From NCBI GenBank assembly GCA_038142325.1, contig JAYQJW010000002.1, positions 555,328 through 619,327 on the forward strand: 64,000 nucleotides of DNA, written 5' to 3'. The translations under genes and the position numbers were made by a program. Shown here piece by piece: positions 11,898 through 22,663 of this stretch. Each line of letters starts with the position of its first letter. Position 1 is the stretch's first letter. Origin of the DNA: Gammaproteobacteria bacterium. GTDB lineage: Bacteria; Pseudomonadota; Gammaproteobacteria; GCA-002705445; GCA-002716945. The notes below the pieces were generated by a model. It worked only from the letters and a program-made list of their open reading frames with translations. It made no database searches and was not told where the DNA came from.

Positions 11898-12664
11898 TGG
11901 CAAAATTTACATTACCGCTTAATTCAATTGTAAAAAAAGGAAAAACATATTCTGATGTTAATAAATCAGAGAATATGCTGACTGTTGAAGTCTATAGGTA
12001 TAATCCAGATAATAAATCTAATCCTTACACAGACACTTATCTATTAAATAAAGAAAACTTTGGCCCTATGGCACTAGATGTTTTAATTTATATTAAGAGT
12101 AAAATTGATCCAACATTAACATTTAGGCGTTCTTGTAGGGAAGGCATCTGCGGTTCATGTTCAATGAATATAAACGGAACTAACAATCTTGCTTGCATAA
12201 CAGATATATCTAGTGAAACTAAACTCAAAATAAATCCACTTCCTCATATGCCAGTAATAAAAGATCTTGTGCCAGACCTTAATAATTTTTATGCTCAGTA
12301 TAAGTCAATCAAACCATGGTTAATCACTGACGATAAACCAGACAGAGAACATATACAATCACAAGAGGATAGATCTAAGCTTGACGGTTTAGTTGAGTGC
12401 GTTCTTTGTGCATGTTGTTCTACTAGTTGTCCGAGTTACTGGTGGAATTCCGATAAGTATCTTGGACCAGCAACTCTAATGCATGCTTATAAGTGGATTA
12501 TTGACAGTAGAGACACTGCAAAAAAAGAAAGACTCTCTAATTTGGCGGATAAATTTAAACTTTACAGATGTCATACAATTATGAACTGTACTAAAACTTG
12601 CCCAAAAAATCTAAATCCAGCCCGAGCTATTTCAGAAATTAAAAAAATGCTTGTAAAAGCCTAG
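11897..12664 (+). CDS. sdhB: Succinate dehydrogenase iron-sulfur subunit
   Basis: [40 protein letters not shown]. Confidence 0.98.
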   Translation: MAKFTLPLNSIVKKGKTYSDVNKSENMLTVEVYRYNPDNKSNPYTDTYLLNKENFGPMALDVLIYIKSKIDPTLTFRRSCREGICGSCSMNINGTNNLACITDISSETKLKINPLPHMPVIKDLVPDLNNFYAQYKSIKPWLITDDKPDREHIQSQEDRSKLDGLVECVLCACCSTSCPSYWWNSDKYLGPATLMHAYKWIIDSRDTAKKERLSNLADKFKLYRCHTIMNCTKTCPKNLNPARAISEIKKMLVKA

Positions 12665-12666
12665 AA

Positions 12667-12918
12667 ATGTCTCTTAAAAAACTACGCTGGAAAGCCAGGA
12701 AAGGTATTAGAGAGTTAGATATACTTTTACAACGTTATCTTGATACTCACTATAGCAATCTCAATGAAAGTGAAAAAAAATTATTTGAAGAGATTTTGGA
12801 TATTGAAACTTACGATTTATTGAATGCTATAAGTGGAAAAACTAGTTACAATCAAAAATATGAAAATATCATTAAGCAGCTATCTAACCTATCTGTTATA
12901 AATAATGACGACAAATAG
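12667..12918 (+). CDS. sdhE: FAD assembly factor SdhE (SDHAF2)
   Basis: LRWKARKGIRELD, a variant of RGMLELD; position after sdhB. Confidence 0.88.
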   Translation: MSLKKLRWKARKGIRELDILLQRYLDTHYSNLNESEKKLFEEILDIETYDLLNAISGKTSYNQKYENIIKQLSNLSVINNDDK

Positions 12919-13645
12919 AATTAGACTAGGTATCAATATAGATCACATTGCTACTTTAAAGACTAACAGAAAAACAACATATCCATCATTAGTAGAGGCC
13001 GTTAAAATAGCTGAATCTTCCGGCGCTGATCTAATTACAGTTCATCTTAGAGAAGACAGAAGACATATACAAGATCAGGACTTATCAGATATTAGATCTG
13101 TTGCAAAGAAGCTAAACCTAGAAATGGCCTTAACTGAAGAAATGCTTGGTATATGCATCTCTACTAAACCTAACTTTTGTTGCGTGGTACCTGAAAAGAG
13201 AAATGAGCTTACCACAGAAGGCGGTTTAGACATAAAAAGCATGTCACCATCTAAATTTCTATTTCTACAAAATGCGATAAAAGAGATGCGAGTAAATAAT
13301 ATTGAAACATCTTTATTTATCGATCCTGAATTAGATCAAATTGATCTAACAATTAAATCTGGGGCTAGGTGTATTGAGCTTCATACCGGTTCATATGCTA
13401 ATGCAGCCAACGAGCAAGAGAAGAAATATGAGCTAGATAGGATAATTTCTGCTGCTGAATATGCAAAAAAAAATGATTTAAAAATACATGCAGGACATGG
13501 CTTAAACCTATCAAATCTATCAGATATATGTAAAATAGCTTGCATAGAAGAGCTTAATATTGGACATGCTGTGATTGCAGACTCTGTTTTTAAAGGACTT
13601 GAAACTTCAATTAAAGACTTCAGGAGATTAATAGATAATGATTAA
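12905..13645 (+). CDS. pdxJ: Pyridoxine 5'-phosphate synthase
   Basis: LGINIDHIATL, HLREDRRHI, TTEGG, ELHTG, AGHGL, ELNIGH. Confidence 0.97.
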   Translation: MTTNRIRLGINIDHIATLKTNRKTTYPSLVEAVKIAESSGADLITVHLREDRRHIQDQDLSDIRSVAKKLNLEMALTEEMLGICISTKPNFCCVVPEKRNELTTEGGLDIKSMSPSKFLFLQNAIKEMRVNNIETSLFIDPELDQIDLTIKSGARCIELHTGSYANAANEQEKKYELDRIISAAEYAKKNDLKIHAGHGLNLSNLSDICKIACIEELNIGHAVIADSVFKGLETSIKDFRRLIDND

Positions 13646-14015
13646 AGGAATTGGTGTAGATTTAACTGATAAACATAGATTTGAAATCCTTATTGAAAAA
13701 TATGGCAATAAGATTGCAAGTAAACTTTTATCAAGTAAAGAGTTTAACGAATATGGTAACTCTAATAACAAAGCATCATTTTTATCAAAAAGATTTGCTG
13801 CTAAAGAAGCATTATCAAAAGCACTTGGATATGGTCTATATAGATATGGTATTTATCCAAAGCGAATCACGATTGGACATGACTCTTATGGAAAACCATT
13901 TTTTTCATTTTCAAAAACGATGTTAGATAATACTGTCTCTAAATATAAAAATATTCAATTATCTATTTCTGATTCTGATGATCAGTCAATTGCATTTGTT
14001 ACAATTGAAGAATGA
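13638..14015 (+). CDS. acpS: Holo-ACP synthase
   Basis: GIGVD, KRFAAKEA-SKALG, GKP, LSISD. Confidence 0.95.
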   Translation: MIKGIGVDLTDKHRFEILIEKYGNKIASKLLSSKEFNEYGNSNNKASFLSKRFAAKEALSKALGYGLYRYGIYPKRITIGHDSYGKPFFSFSKTMLDNTVSKYKNIQLSISDSDDQSIAFVTIEE

Positions 14016-14875
14016 GTGATATTGAAAAATACATAGGCAATACACCTTTAGTACTTATTTGTGAAGTAGGTTCTAATAAAATCTATGGAAAATTAGAGGG
14101 AAATAACCCTGCTGGCTCTATTAAAGATCGTCCCGCAATAAGAATGATTAAGGATGCAGAAAATAAAGGTCTTATTAAAAGAGGTGACACATTGATTGAG
14201 GCTACCAGCGGTAATACAGGGATTGCGTTAGCAATGGCTGCTTCTATTAGAGGTTTTAAGATCAAACTTATTATGCCCGAGACCGCGTCAGTCGAAAGAA
14301 TAAAAACAATGAAAGCCTATGGAGCTGACGTAATTTTAGTCACAAAAGAACAAGATATGGAGGGTGCGAGAGATTTAGCGCTTCAAATGTCAACAGAAGG
14401 TCAGGGACATATACTTAATCAGTTCTCTAATAAATCAAACTACCTGGCGCATTATGATACAACAGGTCCTGAAATATGGAATCAAACAAATGGAAAAGTT
14501 ACTCATTTTGTATCAGCAATGGGCACAACCGGGACAATTACTGGAGTTTCTAGATATTTAAAAGAAAAGGATAATAATATTCAAATAATTGGTGTACAAC
14601 CTACTGAGGGTTCTCGAATTCCGGGTATCAGAAGATGGCAACCAGAATACGTCCCTGAAATATTTAACGATGCCATTGTGGACCAGATAATTGATATCAG
14701 CCAATCTGATGCAGAAAAATCTATGAGCGATGTTTCAAAAAATAATGGGCTTTTTGTTGGTATCTCTGCTGGAGCAAATATTCATATTTCAAAAACTATA
14801 GCCACAGATCTTAATAATGCAGTTATAGTTACGATTCTATGTGATCGAGGAGATAGATATCTGTCAAATATTTAA
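14012..14875 (+). CDS. cysM: Cysteine synthase B
   Basis: KLEGNNPAGSIKDR, EATSGNTG, MGTTGTI, IPGIRRW, CDRGDRYLS. Confidence 0.95.
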   Translation: MSDIEKYIGNTPLVLICEVGSNKIYGKLEGNNPAGSIKDRPAIRMIKDAENKGLIKRGDTLIEATSGNTGIALAMAASIRGFKIKLIMPETASVERIKTMKAYGADVILVTKEQDMEGARDLALQMSTEGQGHILNQFSNKSNYLAHYDTTGPEIWNQTNGKVTHFVSAMGTTGTITGVSRYLKEKDNNIQIIGVQPTEGSRIPGIRRWQPEYVPEIFNDAIVDQIIDISQSDAEKSMSDVSKNNGLFVGISAGANIHISKTIATDLNNAVIVTILCDRGDRYLSNI

Positions 14876-16382
14876 TTAGTATTGATAGTTAAATTATCAC
14901 CAGCAGTTAAGTATTTTCTATTTTTTAGATTATTATCCGTAATTAACTTTTCTTTACTAATATTGAATCCTCTTATAATTTGATCATATCTTTCTCCAGA
15001 GCTAACAACATATCTAAGAGAATTCTTGTTTTTATTCTCTAATAAAATTGGTCCTTGTAATTTGATTTTAACTAAATTATTTATTTTTAATTTAGTATTC
15101 TTTGTTGCATTATTCCAGGTAAGTAATTTTTTTAGCGGAACGTCATATTTTTTAGCTATTTTATACCAATTATCATATCTTTTAATAATATGATTGAAGA
15201 CAATTTCTTTTTTGCTAACAAAATACTTTTTCCCATTGACTGTAATAAATTCTTTAGTAGTTGTACTCATCTCAGATGGAATATTCAATTCTTGTCCAAT
15301 ATATATGATATCTTTAGTTAAATTATTTGCTTTTTTGAGCGCATTGATTTTAACATTATAAATTCTTGAGATTTTATATAAACTATCACCTCTAATTACC
15401 TTATGGGCTTTATTTTCAAAAATCAATTTCGCAATCTTGTTGTATCTAGAATTAAATGTTTTAGCTGCTTTAGTAGGCAACAGGAGACTATTTTGTTGTG
15501 ATGGGTTCATGAGCCATGTACTAAATCCAGGATTCAAATGAACTAGTTCATCTTCACTTATTCCTGTAATAATTGACAATGTTTTAAAATCAATTTTATC
15601 TCGAAATCTAACAGTCGTAGTAAATTTTGTATTTTCAATATTAGGTAAATTAAATCCATATTTTTAGGATTAGCGACAATCTTAGATAAAGCTAAAAGAC
15701 GCGGAACATATAATTCAGTTTCTCTAGGAAGATCTAAGTCCCAATATGATGGTTCAGTGAAGAGGTTGTTGGCTCGATTAATTGCCTTTCTGACATTTCC
15801 AGCTCCTGTATTGTAAGATGCAATTGCAAGCAACCAGTTACCTTTAAAATGTCTATGCATGTCACTGAGAAAATATGTTGCAGCTTTTGTTGATTCTAAA
15901 ACATCTCTTCGTCCATCATACTGCCAATTCATTTTTAAACCATATTCACGTGCAGTTGGAGGTATGAATTGCCAAATACCGGCAGCTCTTGATGAAGAGT
16001 ATGCGTATGGCTGAAATCCACTCTCTACCATAGGTAATAATGCTAGTTCGTGGGGTAAATTTCTTTTTTCCAAATAAGATAGAATATGATAGAGATATGG
16101 TTTGGAACGATCTATCGATCTATAGACAAACTCCTTGTTTCTTTTCATCCATTTAAGTTCTTGTGAAATTCGAGTTGAATTAATATTTCTAAAACAAAAT
16201 CCTGATCTCATGCGGTTCCAAACTGAGTTGAAATTCTTACCTTGTAATTTTGATGTTTCACACGTGCTGGTGAAATTAAGAGTGGTATTATTTATTGATA
16301 GTCTCGAGAGGGATTCTTTGGTAGTCTGAGTACATCCAACAAGGAGAAATAAAGTAGTTATGAATATGTATCTTTTATACAC
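14872..16382 (-). CDS. mltD: Membrane-bound lytic murein transglycosylase D with LysM repeats (frameshift near 15662)
   Basis: Lipobox LLVGC; LPMVES, AAGIWQF, SYNTG, LPRET-YVP. The other frame links NPKKYGFNL...LSIITG to three LysM domains. Confidence 0.9.
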
Positions 16383-16399
16383 ATATATAAATTTATCAT

Positions 16400-17134
16400 A
16401 TGGTAATATCTAATTCTATATTTATGATACTTCAAGAAAACAATAATACTAAAATACAGCTTAAAGAGTGGTATAAACAATCCTCTGGACAGTTTTTCAA
16501 AAAAATTATTTTGAAAGAGCTTGAGTCCATCAAAGCTCTTTATCAAGGGACACACACTTTATTTTGCGGTTCATCTGAATATAAGAAAATTTTTAGAAAT
16601 AACAATAGTGGTACTTTTTTCAGTATAGACGAGGACGTGTTAATCGCTAGCTCCAATCTAGCAAAAAAGCTGCCCTTTGAAGACAATTCTCATGATGTAA
16701 TTATTTTATCTCACGGCTTGGAATATACACAAAACCCATATTTACTTATGCGTGAAATTGATAGAATTGCTACTGATGATGCTGCTATAGTTCTGATTGG
16801 TTTTAATAAATTTAGTCTATGGTCACTAGTTAAAATATTTTCATCGAAAGCGCCATGGAATATTAATTTTCTATCTCCCTATATAATAAAAGAGTGGTTT
16901 CAAATTTTAGAATACAGAATGAACTTTCATAAGACATTTGGTTTGTTTCCATATCTTGGAAAAAATATCGCTAGTATCTTAAACAGCATATCTTTTTTTC
17001 ATAAGATAATAAGAAATAATTTTGGGGGTATATATATATTCACATATAAAAAGAATGTCATCCCATTAACTCCTCAAAAAATCATATTTAATAAAGACTA
17101 TAAAGTGACACATCTTGCTAAACACAATCTATGA
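16400..17134 (+). CDS. Class I SAM-dependent methyltransferase (YafS-like)
   Basis: LPFEDNSHDVIILSHGLE...PY-LMREIDR...GFNKFSLW; conserved position before rnhA. Confidence 0.8.
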   Translation: MVISNSIFMILQENNNTKIQLKEWYKQSSGQFFKKIILKELESIKALYQGTHTLFCGSSEYKKIFRNNNSGTFFSIDEDVLIASSNLAKKLPFEDNSHDVIILSHGLEYTQNPYLLMREIDRIATDDAAIVLIGFNKFSLWSLVKIFSSKAPWNINFLSPYIIKEWFQILEYRMNFHKTFGLFPYLGKNIASILNSISFFHKIIRNNFGGIYIFTYKKNVIPLTPQKIIFNKDYKVTHLAKHNL

Positions 17135-17568
17135 TTAAAATTTATACTGATGGTGCATGTAGTGGTAATCCTGGTCCTGGAGGTTGGGGTTATGTTATAT
17201 TGAATAATGGCATCATAAAGTCATCTTCAGGTAATGAAAGTTTAACCACCAATAATCGAATGGAGCTTACAGCAGCAATCGAAGCTCTTAAATCAATAAA
17301 TTCTGATGAACCGATTGCCCTTCACACTGACTCAACATATCTACAAAAAGGAATATCAGACTGGATATTTAATTGGAAGAAAAATAATTGGGTTACCAGT
17401 TCAAGAAAAGCAGTTTCAAACAAAGATTTATGGATTAAAATTGATCAATTAAACTGTAAATTAAACATTGAATGGATTTGGGTGAAAGCTCATCAATCAG
17501 ATAATTCTGAAGATTCAATTTATAACAATATGGCTGATAAACTTGCAACTACTGCTATTAAATCATGA
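17131..17568 (+). CDS. rnhA: Ribonuclease HI
   Basis: YTDGACSGNPGPGGWG, TTNNRMEL, TDS, WVKAH. Confidence 0.97.
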   Translation: MIKIYTDGACSGNPGPGGWGYVILNNGIIKSSSGNESLTTNNRMELTAAIEALKSINSDEPIALHTDSTYLQKGISDWIFNWKKNNWVTSSRKAVSNKDLWIKIDQLNCKLNIEWIWVKAHQSDNSEDSIYNNMADKLATTAIKS

Positions 17569-18206
17569 GATATATTGTTTTAGATACTGAGACCACTGGT
17601 TTAGATCCTGATGATGGACATAAAATTATTGAAATAGGCTGTGTAGAAATTTTAGACAGAAATATCACAGAAAATACATTTCACAAGTATATAAACCCCG
17701 AAAGAGAAATAGATATTGAAGCATCCAAGGTGCATGGGCTTACTTTAAATAATTTAAAAGATAAGCCTATTTTTTCCGAGATCTATGATGATTTTTTAGA
17801 ATATGTAGATCAGTCACCTATTGTCATCCATAATGCACCTTTTGATGTAGGCTTTTTAAAAAAAGAGCATTCTTTTTTGAAAGACGAAAAAAGATTCTTA
17901 GACAACGAAATTATAGATAGCCTAAAGCTTGCTCGAAAAAAAAGTCCAGGTAAAAAGAACACATTAGATGCGCTATGCGAAAGATACTCGGTAGATAGTT
18001 CAGATAGGACTTTACATGGCGCTTTATTAGATGCCAGGTTGTTGGCACATGTCTATTTAAAAATGACAGTAGGACAGAATAATTTTAGTGATTTAACAGT
18101 AGATAAAAAATTTGAAAAAATAAATGATAATACTTTTAAGGATACATTTAAAATAATAGAAGCATCAGATGAAGAGAAAAGTCTTCATAAAAGTTATTTC
18201 AAATAA
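17565..18206 (+). CDS. dnaQ: DNA polymerase III epsilon subunit
   Basis: LDTETTG, HNAPFD, HGALLDA. Confidence 0.97.
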   Translation: MRYIVLDTETTGLDPDDGHKIIEIGCVEILDRNITENTFHKYINPEREIDIEASKVHGLTLNNLKDKPIFSEIYDDFLEYVDQSPIVIHNAPFDVGFLKKEHSFLKDEKRFLDNEIIDSLKLARKKSPGKKNTLDALCERYSVDSSDRTLHGALLDARLLAHVYLKMTVGQNNFSDLTVDKKFEKINDNTFKDTFKIIEASDEEKSLHKSYFK

Positions 18207-18207
18207 C

Positions 18208-18655
18208 TTATTTTAATTTACTCAATCTATCTTTCTGTCTGTTCCAATCTTTTCTTCTTTTCATCCTGACGCTTATCAAATAATTTCTTACCTTTAGCCA
18301 ATGCAATTTCTAACTTGATGATGCCTTTCTTTGTATAGAGTTTGATAGGAACTATAGTCAATCCCTTTAGTGATGATTGCCCTTGTAACATATTTATTTC
18401 TTTTCTGTTAAGAAGTAGTTTCCTGTTTTGTGTAGGATTTTGGTGTTCATGATTATTTTTTATGTTTATCGTTTTTATATGGGCATTACATAGAAATAAT
18501 TCATCTTTTTTTATAGAGATGTAACTCTCTGAAATCTGACCATTTCCGTCTTTAAGACTTTTGACTTCCCATCCAGATAAAACTAGGCCTGCTTCTAATT
18601 TTTTGACAAAGCTATACTTAAAACTAGATTTTTTATTATTGCATAAGACATTCAT
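18208..18655 (-). CDS. smpB: SsrA-binding protein (C-terminal frameshift; corrected end KKKDWNRQKDRLSKLK)
   Basis: EAGLVLSGWEVKSL, RKLLL, GKKLFDKR. Confidence 0.95.
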
Positions 18656-18705
18656 AAATAGATTACATTGGGTATAATGATATTATAACAAAAAGGAGCC
18701 TCGTT

Positions 18706-20136
18706 ATTTCAAATATTAGAAAATCAATTCATGGACAATGGTCCTCAAAACTTCTATTTATATTTGCAGCAACTGGTTCTGCTGTCGGTCTAGGTAACAT
18801 ATGGAAATTTCCTTGGATGACAGCTGAAAGTGGAGGTGGCGCTTTCGTATTAGTTTATATTTTAAGTGTTATTTTCTTAGCTCTTCCAATAATGTGTGCT
18901 GAAATATTGATAGGTAAACGAGGTAAGCAAAATCCTATTAATACATTACGTACTTTATCTAATGAATCAAGTTACTATACAAAAAAAGAGACAGATTTAT
19001 CCTTAAATAGATCAATTAAAGTAAAAAAACAATTCAGCGATACTGAATTATTTTCTAATTGGGAATTTGTTGGATGGATGGGTATAGTTGCCGGTATTTT
19101 AATTTTGTCCTTTTATAGTGTTATTGCAGGGTGGACAATATCATATATTATCAAATCTATTACAGGTTCTTTTGCTCTCATTACTGCCGCAGGTTCAACA
19201 GCAAAATTTGAAGAGTTTATTTCAGATCCAGAAAAATTAATTTTATGGCACACAATATTCATGATACTTACTTGCTTTATTGTATCTAAAGGTATTAAAA
19301 GCGGTATAGAAAGAGCAATTAAATTCCTTATCCCAGGATTATTTATATTGTTAATTGGTCTTGCGATTTATGCATCTTCTTTATCAGGATTCAATGATGC
19401 AATGAAATATTTATTTATTGCTGATTTTCAAAAAATTAACAACAGTGTCATATTATCTGCTATGAGCATGGCGTTTTTTTCTCTCAGCATTGGGATGGGT
19501 TCTTTAATGGTTTATGGCTCATATCTTCCAGATAATACATCTATATTTCAGGTGGGCTCTGCTGTAGCTTTCTTTGATACGTTTGTTGCAATATTAGCTG
19601 GTATAATAATCTTTCCTATTGTTTTTACATATAATCTTGATCCAAATACAGCTGGTCCAGGATTAATATTTCAAACTTTACCAATTGCTTTTGGATCTAT
19701 GGATTTTGGAGGAATCATCGCAACTTCTTTTTTTATTTTATTATTTTTTGCAGCCATTACATCTTCAATTTCTCTTATTGAACCTGCTATTACTTTTGTA
19801 GTAGAAAAGTTTTCCGTATCACGCATATACGCAACTAATATTTTAGGTATTGTTACATGGCTATTAGGCATCTTTACAGTTCTATCTTTTAATAATTTAT
19901 CAGACTTCAAATTATTTGGTATGACCATATTTGATAATATTGATTATTTGACATCAAAAATTATGCTCCCATTAGGAGGTCTTCTAATGGCTTTGTTTGT
20001 TGGCTATATCATGAAAAGGGCAATTGTATCATCTGAGTTAAATTCAAATAAATTATTAATTTCTTTATGGTTTATTGTATTGAAAGTTTTTTCTCCTATA
20101 TTACTAGTGTTAATTTTTATAAATGGAATTTTGTAA
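18706..20136 (+). CDS. Sodium-dependent transporter, NSS/SNF family (start upstream of the ORF call, apparently ATT)
   Basis: In-frame upstream sequence HGQWSSKLLFIFAATGSAVGLGNIWKFPW (NSS TM1 signature); AAGGAG SD at ~18693-18698; GPGLIF motif. Confidence 0.9.
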   Translation: MSNIRKSIHGQWSSKLLFIFAATGSAVGLGNIWKFPWMTAESGGGAFVLVYILSVIFLALPIMCAEILIGKRGKQNPINTLRTLSNESSYYTKKETDLSLNRSIKVKKQFSDTELFSNWEFVGWMGIVAGILILSFYSVIAGWTISYIIKSITGSFALITAAGSTAKFEEFISDPEKLILWHTIFMILTCFIVSKGIKSGIERAIKFLIPGLFILLIGLAIYASSLSGFNDAMKYLFIADFQKINNSVILSAMSMAFFSLSIGMGSLMVYGSYLPDNTSIFQVGSAVAFFDTFVAILAGIIIFPIVFTYNLDPNTAGPGLIFQTLPIAFGSMDFGGIIATSFFILLFFAAITSSISLIEPAITFVVEKFSVSRIYATNILGIVTWLLGIFTVLSFNNLSDFKLFGMTIFDNIDYLTSKIMLPLGGLLMALFVGYIMKRAIVSSELNSNKLLISLWFIVLKVFSPILLVLIFINGIL

Positions 20137-20141
20137 TTTAA

Positions 20142-20579
20142 ATGAAAAGAATTTTTAAGGAAGAACATATTAATATCGATGTCTCTACAATATTTAATCT
20201 TATTAATGATATCGAAAAATATCCTAACTACTTACCATGGTGTACAAAAACTGAAGTTGAAACACCATCAAATAACATAGTTATCGGCAAAATATATATT
20301 TCAAAAAGCTTTATAAAATGGAATTTTTCTACAAAAAATTATATAGATGAAAATAAATCTATTAAACTTGAATTTGTTGACGGTCCTTTCGATGCCTTAG
20401 ATGGTAAATGGCTTTTTACTCCTACAGATGATCACAATACCAAAGTATCGTTAGAAATAAATTATAAGTTTAAGAGCAAGCTAATTGAGGTTTCAATAGA
20501 ACCTATATTTACAACAATAATGAACTCTATACTTCAATCATTTGTACAGGAGGCATTTAAAATTAAATATAATGATTAA
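20142..20579 (+). CDS. ratA: RatA/PasT (Coq10, START domain)
   Basis: INDIEKYPNYLPWC, GPFDALDGKWLF. Confidence 0.9.
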   Translation: MKRIFKEEHINIDVSTIFNLINDIEKYPNYLPWCTKTEVETPSNNIVIGKIYISKSFIKWNFSTKNYIDENKSIKLEFVDGPFDALDGKWLFTPTDDHNTKVSLEINYKFKSKLIEVSIEPIFTTIMNSILQSFVQEAFKIKYND

Positions 20580-20820
20580 GATCCACTATTGTCAACATAA
20601 TGACTTATTTAAATTAAAACAAATAAGCTTAAGGGAGGGTACTACTATAAAGGAATTTATAAAGGATATACTTAAACTTGAAGGTAAAATACATGCAGGA
20701 GTGTATGGTAAACTTAAAGATGAAAGTTATATAATACAAAATATGGATCGAATAGAGATATATGAAGCAATAATTGCTGATCCAAAAATTAAAAGAAAAA
20801 GTAGAGCTAATGGCAACTAA
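20572..20820 (+). CDS. ratB: RnfH/RatB ubiquitin-like protein
   Basis: GVYGK...DRIEIYEAIIADPK-KR-RA; ATG at 20572. Confidence 0.85.
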   Translation: MIKIHYCQHNDLFKLKQISLREGTTIKEFIKDILKLEGKIHAGVYGKLKDESYIIQNMDRIEIYEAIIADPKIKRKSRANGN

Positions 20821-21259
20821 GAACATCAAACAAAAAAATATAGATATACTCAAAGATGCTGGGTTAAAAGTTACTCATTCTCGTTGTAAGATTCTTGAAA
20901 TTTTTCAATCATCACCAGACGAGCACTATACTGCAGACAAATTAAAAGACTGTTTGGATGATGAAGGTGAAAAAATTGGTTTAGCAACTATTTACCGCGT
21001 TTTAACACAGCTTGAGATGGCGGATTTAATTCAAAAAAATAACTTTAATGAAAACCAATCTGCATATGAAATTAAAAAATCTCATCATGACCATCTTATC
21101 TGTACTAAATGTGGTGACATAATTGAGTTTACAAATAATGATCTTGAAAAACTTCAAGAGACTATTTCAAATAATTATAACTTTACATTAGAGTCCCATG
21201 TAATGACATTATTCGGTAAATGCAATAAGCCTAACTGCAAAGGAAAATCAGAAAAATAA
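20810..21259 (+). CDS. fur: Ferric uptake regulator
   Basis: LKDAGLKVT, IGLATIYRVL, HHDHLIC-KCG. Confidence 0.95.
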   Translation: MATKNIKQKNIDILKDAGLKVTHSRCKILEIFQSSPDEHYTADKLKDCLDDEGEKIGLATIYRVLTQLEMADLIQKNNFNENQSAYEIKKSHHDHLICTKCGDIIEFTNNDLEKLQETISNNYNFTLESHVMTLFGKCNKPNCKGKSEK

Positions 21260-21260
21260 T

Positions 21261-22100
21261 TTATGATTTAATTTCATATTTCAATTTTTTAGATAATGTA
21301 TTGAAATAATCATAATCACAAGGATGCAGTATCTGTAATTGTTTTGTTGCTTTTTTTATGGTGACCATTTCAGGTTCTTTTATCGTCAGATTATTTGAAC
21401 CATCAAAAGTTATTTGAGAATTACTTTTTGATTTTTTATTAATTTCTACAGTGATTTTATCTGTATTATTTATTATCACAGATCTTTGCGCATAAGAATG
21501 TGGCGCAATTGGCACAATACATATTACATTTGAATTAGGGCTAACGATGGGGCATCCATTAGACATGGCATATGCTGTTGAACCTGTTGGTGTTGATATT
21601 ATTATGCCATCAGACCTCTGTTTAGTAATCAAATTTTCATTTACATAAATATTCATTTCTATCATTTTTAAAACACCAAAATTATTGATAACAATATCAT
21701 TTAAGGATATTGATTTATGTATTTTATTATTTGATTGAACAGCGCCTGACAAAAGAGTGCGTTTGTCTATGGTATAATTACCATCAAGTATATCTTTTAA
21801 CTTTTCTTGAAGATGGTTTTTATCAAGGTCTGCAAGAAAACCAATGCGGCCATAATTTAAACCAAGAATTGGTATTGTTTTTTTATAGGCATATTTAGAC
21901 GCAGACAAAAATATTCCATCGCCACCTATTGATAATACTAAATCATATTTTTTATCTCGAATTTTACTGATTCCATCTTCAAGACAATAAACATCAACGT
22001 ACGAACATTTTCTTGAAATGTATTTTAATATACTATTGGTTTCACTCTTATTAAGAAAAAGAGATGAAGTATAAACTAAAACTTTCTTGAGAGCTTTCAA
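21261..22100 (-). CDS. nadK: NAD kinase
   Basis: GGDG, GRIGFL, LND, DGIIISTPTGSTAY. Confidence 0.95.
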   Translation of the reverse strand: MKALKKVLVYTSSLFLNKSETNSILKYISRKCSYVDVYCLEDGISKIRDKKYDLVLSIGGDGIFLSASKYAYKKTIPILGLNYGRIGFLADLDKNHLQEKLKDILDGNYTIDKRTLLSGAVQSNNKIHKSISLNDIVINNFGVLKMIEMNIYVNENLITKQRSDGIIISTPTGSTAYAMSNGCPIVSPNSNVICIVPIAPHSYAQRSVIINNTDKITVEINKKSKSNSQITFDGSNNLTIKEPEMVTIKKATKQLQILHPCDYDYFNTLSKKLKYEIKS

Positions 22101-22141
22101 AATAAATCCTCATTATAAAATATGATAAAATATAATTATAT

Positions 22142-22636
22142 ATGAATAAATCTACTGTAAGTATAAAAATAATACAGAAGCTGTGTAATAAACATAATTT
22201 GTCGTTATCAACAGCAGAATCATGTAGTGGCGGATATCTTTCTAAGCTTATGACAGATACTTCTGGATCATCTAAATTTTATAATGGCTCAATCATCGCT
22301 TACTCGAATAAAGTCAAAACCGATATCCTTAAAGTGCCTAATGATGTGCTTGTTAAGAACGGGGCAGTATCAAGAGAGGTCTCTATTCTAATGGCTGAAG
22401 GCGTCTTAAATTTGATAGATTGTGATATTGCTGTATCTACAACTGGAATCATGGAGCAAAGTAAACAGGATGATAACAAAGCTCCTCAGGTATACATTAC
22501 TGTAAAATCTCATAAACACCATTCAGTTACGCATCATTATCTCGAGGGAAATCGGGACGAAAATCGTTTAAAGACAATTAATTATGCATTTGAATGTTTA
22601 TATGATTTCATTAATAAACATTACTTGGTATCATAA
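22142..22636 (+). CDS. pncC: CinA C-terminal / NMN deamidase PncC
   Basis: AESCSGG, GSS, YSN-K, GAVS, STTG; upstream of recA. Confidence 0.88.
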   Translation: MNKSTVSIKIIQKLCNKHNLSLSTAESCSGGYLSKLMTDTSGSSKFYNGSIIAYSNKVKTDILKVPNDVLVKNGAVSREVSILMAEGVLNLIDCDIAVSTTGIMEQSKQDDNKAPQVYITVKSHKHHSVTHHYLEGNRDENRLKTINYAFECLYDFINKHYLVS

Positions 22637-22663
22637 AGCTTGCAATCCTAACCTGGGGAAAAT

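Noticed and set aside
18208-18705. tmRNA next to smpB
   Set aside because: No GGGG..TCCACCA tRNA-like ends and no space.
22154-22663. LexA/SOS box near pncC-recA
   Set aside because: CTGT...ACAG at ~22154-22176 has the wrong spacing (not N8), and there is none immediately upstream of recA.
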